From: Ostrea edulis
Lineage: Eukaryota
DNA length: 64,000 bases
Direction of reading: 5' to 3'
Assembly (NCBI RefSeq): GCF_947568905.1
Contig: NC_079164.1
Span: 108,500,001-108,564,000 of the forward strand
Shown here: in pieces, positions 36,135-48,241 of the stretch
Position numbering within the stretch: the stretch's first letter is position 1
Layout: every line of letters starts with the position of its first letter
Made by a program: the position numbers and the translations under genes
Notes under the pieces: generated by a model
What the model saw: the letters and a program-made list of their open reading frames with translations, nothing else
Told to the model about the DNA's origin: nothing
The model's database searches: none

Positions 36135-39100
36135 TCACTCTTCACTCAGACGTCTCACAGATTTAGATGTTTCCTTTGTGGTAAAGATGGACCAGGTGGG
36201 TTTGAACTTGTTGTTTTCATAGTCGTACCATGAAGCAATACCATCCACTGGCTGAACTCTTCTCTTGATCAGGTACTCAGTCTGGGCATCAACCCACTCA
36301 TTGGTCACAGTCTTAGGCTCATTTTCTGGATCTGTTGGAAAATTTATATACATATATAATCTAGAAATTAATATAGAAAAATCCACACAAGCAATAGTAT
36401 AATGAAAATATCACAACACTGATTGAATATATTCCACTCCGACAATAAATTGCTTGGTTACACATATACACAATCATCGGATCTTTTGATTCATTGTGTA
36501 AATGAACAATTTATTACACTCCTGATGAAGAATGAAGCTGGTTGATTATATTCAATAGGTGATGTGATATTTTCATTATACATGTATATAATATATGGAT
36601 GGTCTTTACTTGTGACCTTTTGACTAGCAAATAAGGTTATCTTATGATGTTACATAACTAAAGCTGAATTTGTATTTGAAATTTCGCCCATAATCCAAGG
36701 TGGTACAAACAGATGGCCAGACATACATAAATACCCTTGTTTCCGCTAAAAGGCATAGCTTGTGTGGAAAACAAATTTTAAACATTAGACCATAACTCCT
36801 GCAAAGTTGGGTTGGTCATGATGAATGTTGTTCTAAGACTAAGTGAAGTTACTCAGAAAATACACATTAGAATGTCAAAGCAATGAGTAACCAAGAATAT
36901 AGTTATTATTTCATTCAAAATGGAAACATGTCAGAACTCGAACCTGATCCGTAATGCATTCATATAAAATGTGGGAGTAATTGTGAGGTCTTGGGTAACG
37001 ATACGTCACTTGGTGGCAGGGGATTTAAAAATCCTTGAATACATCAAACAAAACTTATAATGTAATATCCAATCTGAACAGTCTCTTCAAGTGACACCTG
37101 TATAACCTACCTGATACTCCAATGACACCCATGACAAAAAATACCAGCCCAATCAAGATGGCATTGTCTCCCACACATCTCTTCCAGTCTCCTGAGGGAG
37201 CCTTGATCTCTTCCAACGTGGAGTTGAAGCTAGCTCTATATACTGCAAAATTAAAACAGCAATATCATAAATTAGTTAGCATTAATTTGGAAGTCTTCAA
37301 TGTACTTCAGATTTAATATCCCAAATAGTGTAACAGTTATCATTTTGAAGTTGGTATATGATAAAATGTGTGCCCACTGCCGTCGTGTAAATGCCAGTTA
37401 AAAATGTGAGAATTAAACATGTACATGTATCTACATTGTCTTTCAACAGGTGCAACCTCTGATCATTTAAGGAGGTACTCTACATCGTCATAATGGCTGA
37501 CTTCCTTCTAAAACATGGTGGAAAATATAAATATCAACAATATTTGTCTATTCATTTAAAAATTTCTCGCCTAGCTGAGTAGCTCAGTAGGTTAGCCCGC
37601 CGACTGCTAAACTGTAGATCGCGTGTTTGAGTCCAGCTGGGGTTTTAAATTTTTCTCAGATTGCTTTCAACTAAAACTGTATTTTTTTACTAAATAAAGT
37701 AAATTTGAAAATTTTCAGTTTCAAAATATTGTTGTACATATTCTCCAATTTTCATCCATATTAAATTTCCCTGGTGTAACATACTCCTTAAGGTGTTTTT
37801 CATGTAAGAGTTATCTGCCTTCTAAGGCTAAAAACATCTCAGTAACATTTTTATCACCCTAATACAACTCCTTTACAGTCAAGAGGTTAAAATTTGTTAC
37901 CAATCACATATCAGACCTCATGACTCAAAATTTTGTAAGTGTCTTCCTTTAATGGTCAACTAACTTTGTATTAATATTCAAGTTTTTTTTTTCACAACAA
38001 AATGAAGACAGACAGATAGTTGACAGGACACTAATTTCTATATGGTTTCCGCATTTTGAATCCTTAATTAAAAATTCTATATTTCATTCTGTTCACATGA
38101 GGTTATCATAAAATTGAATAAAATGAACCCTCAGACCTTTGACCTTGTGTAAGGTATTGAACAGCAGAACCTGACAAGCATACAGTATTAAAAACAGACT
38201 TGGTCAAGTGCATAAATCTCTAAAACTACGAAATGACCAGTATAAATGTGGTTTTTATTGTTATCATTATTAAAGGTTAAATGTAAATATTATATACTTG
38301 TCAAGTGATACAATATATATTTCAATCAATTATATAACCTCAGAGTGTTTCTGAATGCTGCTTTTTCTTTTTTTCTTTTTGGTCTGACAAAATTTTATGT
38401 CTACCTATGTATAGTCTGAACACAAAAAACTTCCACTCACTAGAACAGAGACTGTGTTTTTAAAAATTTTCAAGCTCTCTCAATTACATTTGAAATCTTA
38501 ATTTACAACGAAATATTTCCTTTCAATACATATACAGTGTACATTTCTAGAAAAATGTTTTCTTTCTGTTACATACTGAGCCCAGGGGTCGAAATTAACT
38601 TTTTCTACCACAGGCTAATTTTAGCCTGTGGGTAAAAAATCCACAGGCTAAAATGAAAACCTACAAGCTAAAATAAAACTAATGAAGCAGTGCTCTTTTT
38701 TTTCTCTTTTTCCTATTTTTTTTAAATCAATGATTTTTCCCATTATTACTGAGCCTAGTGGGTCAACGGGCATTGTTTGGACAAGACAGTATTAAAGTTA
38801 CGTAAGTCATATGGTGCAATGTTTAGGTCTCTTGACCATTGCACCTCTAACAGTCTAATCCACAACTTGTTTACTGCAGGTCTAGATCCAGTCTTCCAAT
38901 TTCATGCCACATTGATCAGGGTTGTCACTAGTGATTTTTTAAAGCGAATACAGGACTCGTGGTTTTATAAGCAGCATGATCACGAGTCCTATGAACTATT
39001 TTGATAATCGTCTACGCGGTGAGCAATACACTCTTGTCATCACTACAACCCAACCTCAGTATGACAGTAAATTAAAAATAACTACCAAAAAGACTTGGTA

Positions 39101-41183
39101 AAACATAGACTTTTTTTTTTTAGATAAATGAATAACAAAAACTTCATATTTGGAATTATTCAATTTAATCACCCCTATAGGTGAACAGGACTCGTGGCAC
39201 ATGTCGATATGCGATGTCCGACCTCTAGAGCATTTGTTTGACTCTGAGTTTCTTAAAAAAATCATAAAAGAAAAATCCGAATAGAAACGGTTGTTGAAAT
39301 CGGTCGTTCATGTAAGTGTTTGTATGATTCAGAGTGCAAGTTTAAGAAAAGCGAATAGCACATCACCGTATAAAACCGATACAAAACGATCATAGTTTGT
39401 AAGTCACCACTCGCTAAGATTTTCAAGTGTCCATTATTTTTACTCGCTATTTTTCAAATGTACTCGCATTTTGCGAGTATTTCTCGCTAATTTCGAGCCC
39501 TGCAGTGAGCTGTATTTTTGATTGTCTATTCAGACTTTTTGGGTCTTTATTTCAAACTTTACAAACTTTAAACATTTCTAAGAGTATAGCAGGAGGTATA
39601 TATGCTATATACAAACTAACTAAGACTAGGGCTGGGACGATTCAGGGTTAGCTCGATTCGGTTCGGTTTCGATTCAGAACAGCACGGTTCGGTTATTTCG
39701 ATTCGGTTCATGTTAGGTCCAATTGCTCTAATGACACCACAAAAATTAACAATTTTAATGAGTAGCATATTTGATTTTATTTTATTCAAGTTATATAACT
39801 ATAAGTCGTCATTTGTAAACAGCATATCTATTCATAATGGCATTTTATAACTTTGATAGAAAAAGGAAAACACTGACATTCTATCAAAATTTGTTATATT
39901 AATGTGCTGCATCAGATATGGATTATTAAACAAATCTATAGTGAATCTAAAATGTATATGATATTGTTTTCAATGATATACAAAAATTCGACAATTCTAT
40001 CAATTGGGTCTTTGAAAATCTCTCCTTTATTGGTTTACTTCTCTCTCATATAAACTGTCAAATCTGTGTCATTACCTACGATGTTGAAATCACTCCACCA
40101 CTGACAGAAATGCTATATGTCATGTAAAGATAAATTGCAATGACCTTACGGACCATATTCTGTTGGTATCTGAGTGGTGAAAATGCTAACTCTCAACACA
40201 GTAGTGATTTAAATCTCTGTTGCATAAAAAACCACATGTTTTCAACATCATTCGGACGCCATATTTGTTGTTTTGGTGTAAGTAAAATCTAAACCGAACC
40301 GAACAGAAATCCGGAATTTGTAATCGGTGCATCGAATTGAATGGTATGAATCGCGGTGCACCGAAATTTTCGGTGCACCACACAGCCCTAACTAAGACAC
40401 TGAATTTTTATGCTTACATGTTTTTTTCTCCTCCAATGTCAACTGTTTCCAGTCTCCCTTTTCTTTCACTCGGAGTTTTCCAATCGCCTCATCCACCTCC
40501 TTAAATCTGATGGCAGGGCAGGGCTGCATGAAGGAATCGGTGTAGTAGGGGATTTCTCCATACCCAACTATTTCTCTGTTACCTATAATCATGAATCATC
40601 TAATTATGAATTTAATACTCGAATTATCCGAATTAATTCATCAAGCCTTTCTGTTATTATATTCTATATGTTGCCAATGGGCAGTAATTCTATCAGGAAG
40701 ACTAGGACTCTTCAGTACCGTCTTTATGCTCTTTACATACATGTACCCGAGGCACCCAATTCCATGACAAAATCAAAACCACTTTCCCTTGAGTCTACAA
40801 CTGATCTTAGTAAACCAATAGGAATAACTTCTCATCAAGATTTATAATATATCAGGAGTTATCATTAATGATGATAAATTATTCTGTAAATGCCATGGTT
40901 CTCTTCGTTGGACCTACTACCAGACATCACTTCAGAAGACAGGTTATGGTTGGACTACACAACATTCAGATATTGTGTTTTTAGATATTCACTGACCTAT
41001 CACCATGCTATACTCTTCTTTTCCTGGGTAGTATTCATGGCCTGGGAGGACAGCTTTAGATCCAGTGGTAGCAGGCGTATCCCAAGCAGTTGAAGATAAG
41101 GAAAATTTTCTAGAGGGAGCCACCCAGAGAGGCTGCTTGATGAGAGCTCTGTTGGCACTTCTTAATAAGTTGAAAGTACTCAT
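36135..41183 (-). CDS. COX4: Cytochrome c oxidase subunit 4, mitochondrial precursor
   Basis: Exons 41183-40997, 40582-40418, 37242-37111, 36331-36135. Arg/Ser-rich presequence-like N-terminus, GNREIVGYG, PAIRFKE, LRVKEKGDWKQLTLEEKKTLYRASF, one hydrophobic TM segment, QPVDGIASWYDYENNKFK. Probable non-coding first exon with donor at 42588. Confidence 0.92.
37471..37787. mobile_element. Kolobok-like MITE (TTAA TSD) containing a tRNA-like segment at ~37573-37643
   Basis: TTAA|GGAGGTAC ... ATACTCC|TTAA; internal A-box-like TAGCTCAGTAGG and B-box-like GTTTGAGTCC. Confidence 0.55.
38583..39502. mobile_element. hAT-like non-autonomous element in a COX4 intron
   Basis: TIR CAGGGGTCGAAATTA / TAATTTCGAGCCCTG; the TSD is only partly matching. 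Confidence 0.6.
39627..40390. mobile_element. hAT-type MITE, 764 bp
   Basis: TIR TAGGGCTG/CAGCCCTA; perfect 8-bp TSD ACTAAGAC at 39619-39626 and 40391-40398. Confidence 0.9.
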
Positions 41184-42588
41184 TTTTGCCTATAAAAGTA
41201 GATATTAAGGGTGACAATTCAATTGCATATCAATAAGAAGAATCTGTTTTCCCAACCTTGTGATCATAAGTTCCCTTTCAATGGTTCACTTACAGATGTG
41301 TTCTGTAATGCAATTTTCAGTCTTTTGTGTTCAGTATAATACAATTTTGTATAGTTGTTAATTAACCATCAAACCATAGTTAAATTGCGGTTACTTTTTC
41401 AACATTAAGTCATTTACTTAGTCATTAGCCCTATGCCAAAAGCTATCAAATATACCATAGTTGTTTTATCAGAGGGATAAAAAATAATTTTTTAAATGTT
41501 TTGCATGTTGTGCACAGAAATTAAGGGGACCATTGCTGAAAATTATGAGACATAGAATATATTCTAAAAATGAATTTGGATGGTTTTACAGGGTCGTAAA
41601 AAAAAATCCCAAAAACACGTCAAGTTTACTGAACTTACTGAGTGGTGTTTCTAAGCAGTTTTCATGCAGATCATATTTAATATCTTATCAACACATAAAA
41701 AAAGTCAGGTGACTGAGGTGAGGTACGAATTGATCAGATATCCTCTTAAGTAGTTAGTGCTATGAGTTATTGAGTTAATTCTGTAGTAGTTTATAGTACC
41801 ATTAATAGATTCCAGTTTATCAATATTCATTATTAGTGTTAAAAATGTATAGATCTCAAGGATTTATCAAAGTAACTACCTGTAAAAGGTCATTTCTCCT
41901 CTTGACAAAAAATTGTTTTTTAGTAATTCCCCTTCAACAGGTAACCTGTCAAATTTCCCTTCAAATGTAGAAACTACTTGAGATTGAATGAGAAGTTTAA
42001 CAATAACATTTTCATATATTCTACGTCATATTTTTCATTACTATAGACTTAGAAAATACATAATATTCAGTCATTTATATACCTGTTTTGAGATACTATA
42101 TCTGAGGACACTCCCCCACCCCCCACCCCCACCCCACAACCATCTCCCCTGGAAGCTCATCACTACATTTTCAAAATTTATCCATAAATATGAAATGGGT
42201 ACTAACAATTAAAAACTGGTGTCTGGTTTTAGATCTGCATAAGTTTGTTTTGCTACAATCGATTGTCCCTGAATGACCAGTCAAAACATGCACGTTTATT
42301 AGTTCTTCACATCAGTGCTACGTTTCTTCCTACACTATGAAGGATGCATTAGAAAATGAAATTCAACTGTGAAAATGTTCTTTACTATGATCATATCATT
42401 TTCGCCACTATGATTAATTTAATAAAGATGACATTACATTGTTCCAGAGGAAACTCGAAACGAAGGTCATTGCCATTCGCAGCTGAGACCTATGATTTGA
42501 ATTTAGAATAATTTTTCATATGTAATATAGTTAAAAATGAGATATATTGTAAAATGTATATGTTCTCTGCGGAAACATGCATACTTAC

Positions 42589-43200
42589 CAAATGAGGAGA
42601 GTGCCGCACACCTTCGTCCACGGAAGGTTACTTCTACTAACCAGACTGATCGAAGTCTTTCAAGTGTTTGCAAAGCGGAGCGTGTGGACGTGCAGTTCAA
42701 CAGCAAAATCTGAAAAAGTTGTCTTCAGATTAAATAAGTTTTAGTTTTAAAGTAATATTGAATTTTTAAAAAAGAAAATAAATATGAACCAGAAGTTTAG
42801 TTTTCAATGAACGTTAACTTACTGCTTTTGTCATTATTAAAAAAATTTCCTTGTTTAGAATTTAATAAAGGGGTAAATATGGAATGACAGGGTTAAAACC
42901 AGAATAACGTTTTAAATAATAAGAATAACACTTGTATTTATATCTCTATATATATTGTACACTTATAGTGATTTATAGAATAAAAAAATATGGACTGGCT
43001 TACAATGTTGCAGTTAGCAGTAATTAGTCAAATCCAGCTGTAAAGCATTCAATTGACAATGATCGTGAAATGACGTTGGCTGGTAGCGTAGTGTGATCCA
43101 TTGCTCCGACAGTTTGCTGATGATAAAAAGTACTATTCCTTATGTTGGCGTGCTTATTTACAGCATGTGATGTTTGGCCTTCTTAGGAATAGGTTTATGA
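42589..43200. promoter_or_regulatory. Putative bidirectional promoter of COX4 and SYS1
   Basis: Minus-strand donor GTAAGT at 42588 (probable COX4 UTR exon) and SYS1 ATG at ~43200, divergent and ~0.6 kb apart. Confidence 0.5.
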
Positions 43201-43202
43201 AA

Positions 43203-43907
43203 ATGAATGGCGGACACTTTAGGAGCCATGTTTGGGATCCTAAGCTACTATGTTTACAAATAGTGGCTATGCAATGCCAGTTTTACTTCTTGTTTGGGAT
43301 GTGGACCTACCTGATGGACATCATTGGCAGGTTTGACGCGTCAATGGACCAGTTGTTTACACAAACGGTAAATTCTTGTTATTGTCAATTTGAAGTCATG
43401 CACATTATATTGTTGAGTAACAATTTTAAACTATTTCTGAATGATTTTTTCCAGGATTTAGACTTGCTTGAAGATTCGGGGAGAGTTCAAGTTATTGCTT
43501 TCCTTTTGAATAGCCTTACAAGGTAAATTGTTTTCCTTGGGTGATAACTAAAGTTTTAGAACCATGAGATCCGACTTGACTTTGATATTGGGGCATATTC
43601 ATTCATTTTAGGATTTCGGTGTAAATTTTATATTCATGTGTTAAAATTTGATTTATTTTCCAGTGCTGTAGCCTTGTGGTACATTGTCCAAAGAGCAAAA
43701 CTATGTTTGGACTTTGCAGTGACAGCCCATTTCTGTCATTTCCTTGGATGCTGGATTTTTAATCGCCACATTCCACAAACACTCCCTTGGTGGATTCTGA
43801 ATGTGATTGGATGCGCTATAATGACTGTGTGTGGAGAATTCTTGTGTATGAGAACAGAAATGAAGGCCATTCCACTTTCAATGGCAGGGGCCAAAGTGGA
43901 TTTGTAA
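43203..43907 (+). CDS. SYS1: Protein SYS1 homologue (Golgi integral membrane protein)
   Basis: Exons 43203-43367 (alternative in-frame ATG at 43197), 43455-43522, 43664-43907. Motifs GHFRSHVWDP, RAKLCLDFAVTAHFCHFLGCW and GEFLCMRTEMKAIP match the SYS1 family. Confidence 0.93.
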
Positions 43908-46772
43908 ATGTCCACATATCCACAAACTTAATCATTGCATTACACTTGCTCTGTCTGTGGTTCGTGGCATGTACATAATTATGTCAAGTGCTACAGGAAC
44001 TAAACGATTAATTCACACTCGACTAGTAACTCATGAATAACTTTAATCAGAGTAAGGGTGTGTTATTTACAACTAGATGTTACCTTGATAGTTTTTGTTT
44101 TGGTACCAACTCCAATGTTTGGAGACGCTAAGTTGCTGTAAACGTTATGTATGCCTATTTTGATGAACAATTTATTATAAGGGAAATTTCAAATTGCTTT
44201 TAATCCTTACCATGATATTAGTTGAAAAATTAGCCATTGAAACTTTATAAGTAAGTTTTGACCAGAAGTCGTGTTTTTAGTACATGTGCATCATCCATCA
44301 TATCATATGATCTTGGAAGTTTTATGAAATTCATTTTAAATATTGACATTTAAGTTATTTTGAATAAAGGTCTTCAAGTTCGAGACATCTTACTGCCTGT
44401 TAATGATTGTAAAAACGAGAAATTTGATAAATTATACAGGTACTTTACAGAATTATGATAAACATGTTTGGTGATGGAAGTTTTCCAATACTGTGCAGTG
44501 CTTAACTCTTGCATGTATCTGCTATCCCTTGGATAAGAAAATGTTGACTGGTTGACTTGACTATCAAAATCTTAGTGAAGTAGTTAGTAGTCATATTTTT
44601 GAACACCTCATATATCCAGGATCCTCCGTATTTAGATCAACTAAGTCACTATATTGCTATCCACATCAATCTGTCATTATCTATTGTAAACTTTTAAAAA
44701 AAATTTTTTACTTCTTCTCAGAAACCACCTGGCCAATTTTCATAAAACTTCCTGTGGAATATCTTTTGTGGAAGGGGAACAAAAATTGGGAGTTTCGTGA
44801 TTCTTGTCCTATTTGGAAACAAGGGTAGGGGTGAAACTTCTAGGAATTGTAAATCATTTAAAAATATTCTTTACTCCTTGTTGTCTGGCATAAAACCTGG
44901 GTGTGTAGTTGTACTGAGCATGAGAGTCTCTACCAAGATTATAAAATTTATGGTTTAAAGGCGAGGATCACAGTGAAAACGCATTAAATGTTTTATTATT
45001 TTCTTCTTTACTCCTGATCATCCAGGAAACTAACCTAATGTATAGTTGTATTAAGCATGGCATCCATTATGTATATATTGGTTATTATTTATTAAGCATG
45101 GCATCCATTATATATGTATTGGTTATTATTTATTAAGCATGGCATCCATGCTTAATACAACTATGCATTTGGTTAGTTTCCAAAAGAGTGGAAATCATTG
45201 TTCCTGTGTCAGAGGTTTAAGCTGTAGATGGGGCTATATGGACCATGTAAATACATTAAATGTTTAGAAAACTATCTTTATTCCTGAACATCCTATAGTC
45301 CTATTCAGCATGACATGATATGACCGGTCAACAGGGGATGCTTACTCCTCCTAGGCACCTGATCCCACCTCTTCTGTTGTGTCCAGGGGTCTGTGTTTGT
45401 CCTATTATTAATTTTGTTTTCATTATAGGAATTATGACATTGATCACTGTTATCTTCACTTAATCATCCTTTACCAAGTCTGTGGAGTTCATAGGTCAGG
45501 GGTTCAGTTTTTAGGGTGGGACTACCTGTATATGGTTTTCATTATGAAGATGCATTAAAAGTTTAGGAATCCTTTTCTCCAGAACATTTTGGTAACAAAC
45601 TAGATGCATATTTGTATTGAGTATCAAGACTGCTACCAATATTGTTAAATTCATGGCCAAGGAGTCAGGCTACAGGGAAGGGCTTAAGTATGTTGCTATT
45701 TCTATGAAAATTTTCTTTACTCCCGAGTATCAACCACAAGAACTGGGTAGTAATAATGAGCATGGAGACCTCTATCAAGATTCTGAAACTTGTAGCCCCT
45801 GAACCATCTCTAAAAATCATCATTACTCCTGATCATCTATAGAGTTCATTCTTTGCTTATGACAAGACAATGTGTCATGACCTGAACTAAGGTCAAGGTC
45901 ATTGTTTTTATCTTAAATTCTGTTATAACGTGTTTCTGGATATTTTTTGAAATATTATTTAATGGTGTACTATCTACTGATATTTACAAATAAAATAATG
46001 GTTTAAACTGAATAAAAAAGTACATGTCTGGGGCACAGCTCAATCTAGCAGTTCATACTTGGCAAAAAGGTTTATCATGAGCGTAAGAAGATGAATTAAA
46101 TGACCTTTTCGACCACAAGGACATCCAGTTCGGAGTTTTAAAAATGCACAATCTGCACACAACACTTACAATTTATAATGTGTTCCAGATTTTGCGATAC
46201 TCGGGTAAGCGTCAAGTCCCTTCGACCTCATTAAAAAAGGGAAATATGAGTACATGCCCCTTTAACTAAACCCTTGCTGCAATGGCCTTGAGCATATGGC
46301 ATAGGTCCAAATTTTGTATTTCTATAGCAGGTGAAATTTCTGTGGGAGGGGAATATTCTTGCATAGATGTAAAATGCCAACTTTGTCTTTTTGCAATATG
46401 AACACTTGTTATAAGCCCCCAGCCAAACAACCTGCAATTTTCTTGAAAATATTCTAGGAAATCAAAACCCTTGCCATATGCACATCTTCAATACTAATAC
46501 AAACACTTTCTTAAAATATATTTTGTTTTTGTGAAATTGAAAGTGCTCCAAATCACACCCCGTCCCCTTAATGTACTGCATGGTATGGAGGAGAAAGCAT
46601 GAGCAGGAACAAAGACATTATGAACTGCACTTTGTGGAAAAAGATTCAACATCGATGTGACCAATTTCATTGTTGTATTATCTTCGCTACCCAATGGTTT
46701 TCAGTCCACTCTGACTAGTGAAGATGTTACATGATACAAAAACAATGAGTGGGAGAGAACATACTCTTGTAC

Positions 46773-46876
46773 TAATCTCCGTTGAGATTTGGCTCGGCTG
46801 AATATTTGGACTGACGCCTTCATCGGTGAAGGCGTCAGTCCAGATATTCAGCCGAGTCTAATCTCAACCAAGATTA
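46773..46876. mobile_element. 104-bp fold-back MITE, Mutator-like (family B)
   Basis: Near-perfect hairpin; 10-bp direct repeat ACTCTTGTAC at 46763-46772 and 46877-46886. Confidence 0.85.
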
Positions 46877-47639
46877 ACTCTTGTACATGAAAAAAGCTTT
46901 AAAAAAACCCCACTCCTCTTTGATCCACTGTAAATTGTAGAAAAATATAAGATCCGTGGGTCAGAACAGTGTGAACATCATTAAATGATAATGAAGTATT
47001 GTACAAAATATCAAGGCTATCTGATTATCCATATAGGAGAAGATTTTACACCCTCCACGTCTCTTAGATCCACTATAACTTTAAGGATAACAATTGGAAC
47101 CTCCTGTCCTAACAATATACACATTTGCAAACGGCAATGAAACATTGTACAAAATTCCAAGTCTATCAAATAAGCCATATAGGAAAAGTGTTCACGAGCT
47201 ATTTTACATCCTCAACCCCTCTTAAATCCACTATAACATTTGGGGAAATAATTGGATCCCCACATTCCAACAATGTGCACTTCTACAAATGACGATGAAG
47301 CATTGTACAAAGTTTTAAGTCTATCTAACAAGCCATGCAGGAGGAGAAGCGTTCAGAAAAGTTTGTGATAGATGGAGGACATAAAGTATGAAAACAATAT
47401 GTCTCGCCTGGAAGAGGGGAGGCATAATAAGACAGTGAAAAACCTGGTGCATGTGACCATTAAGGTCCATGGGTCTCTTGTTTGATAGAAAGCCTATTCA
47501 ATGAAACAAAATAACCTCTCTCTACCATATTTAACAATGGAGAGTTCAAGATATTCTTCTACTGCAATATTCCTTGAAACAGGTGACATAAATTCAAGGG
47601 ATTTGCAGATTTTATTTTATAAACATCTGTATAATCTTC

Positions 47640-47751
47640 CAATCTGATTAAAATAAGATCTTTGATCCGCTCCGTTATTGTTATGTCGCTATTGTTGTGT
47701 AGCGACATAACAATAACGGAGCGGATCAAAGATCTTATTTTAATCAGATTG
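47640..47751. mobile_element. 112-bp fold-back MITE, Mutator-like (family A, copy 2)
   Basis: Arms match 24138-24250 and differ only at the loop; different 10-bp TSD TATAATCTTC. Confidence 0.9.
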
Positions 47752-48241
47752 TATAATCTTCCAATGTTAAAGTGTAAGTTATATATTCATTTATTTATCA
47801 AACAATTGTACAACATATATTTAACATTGAATGGAATCTACATTATGCATAATATACACATTTTGTTTCATGGGTGGGTTTCCATTAGTCCAATCATGCA
47901 TTTTCATGTACAAATAGTGGAGAATTTTAAAATAATTTATACAGTTACATGTGTATTTTTGAATGCATATACTTCATCTGAAAACACACTTAGCACTAGT
48001 TAATTTCAGCTATCACAATACTGGTACTTAATTAATGTTGTTACACACTGATGTAAGAATTCTGTAGTCTGACATAAAATACAACACTAGATGAAAAAAA
48101 AAATTAATTCACACATATCTCTATAAAGACTTCTAACATCAGGATTTGCAGTGCTAGACAGAGCAGTGCTGGTACTGTCTACTTCTTTCCAGCACTGAAA
48201 CAATGTAAACCATCCTACAGAGCATGGCGAGATGTTAAAAA

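Noticed and set aside
37573-37643. Functional tRNA gene
   Set aside because: Stems are degenerate, the B-box is imperfect and it lies inside a MITE; treated as tRNA-derived sequence.
40410-40847. 145-aa plus-strand ORF
   Set aside because: Antisense shadow of COX4 exon 2 and its intron; no recognisable motif.
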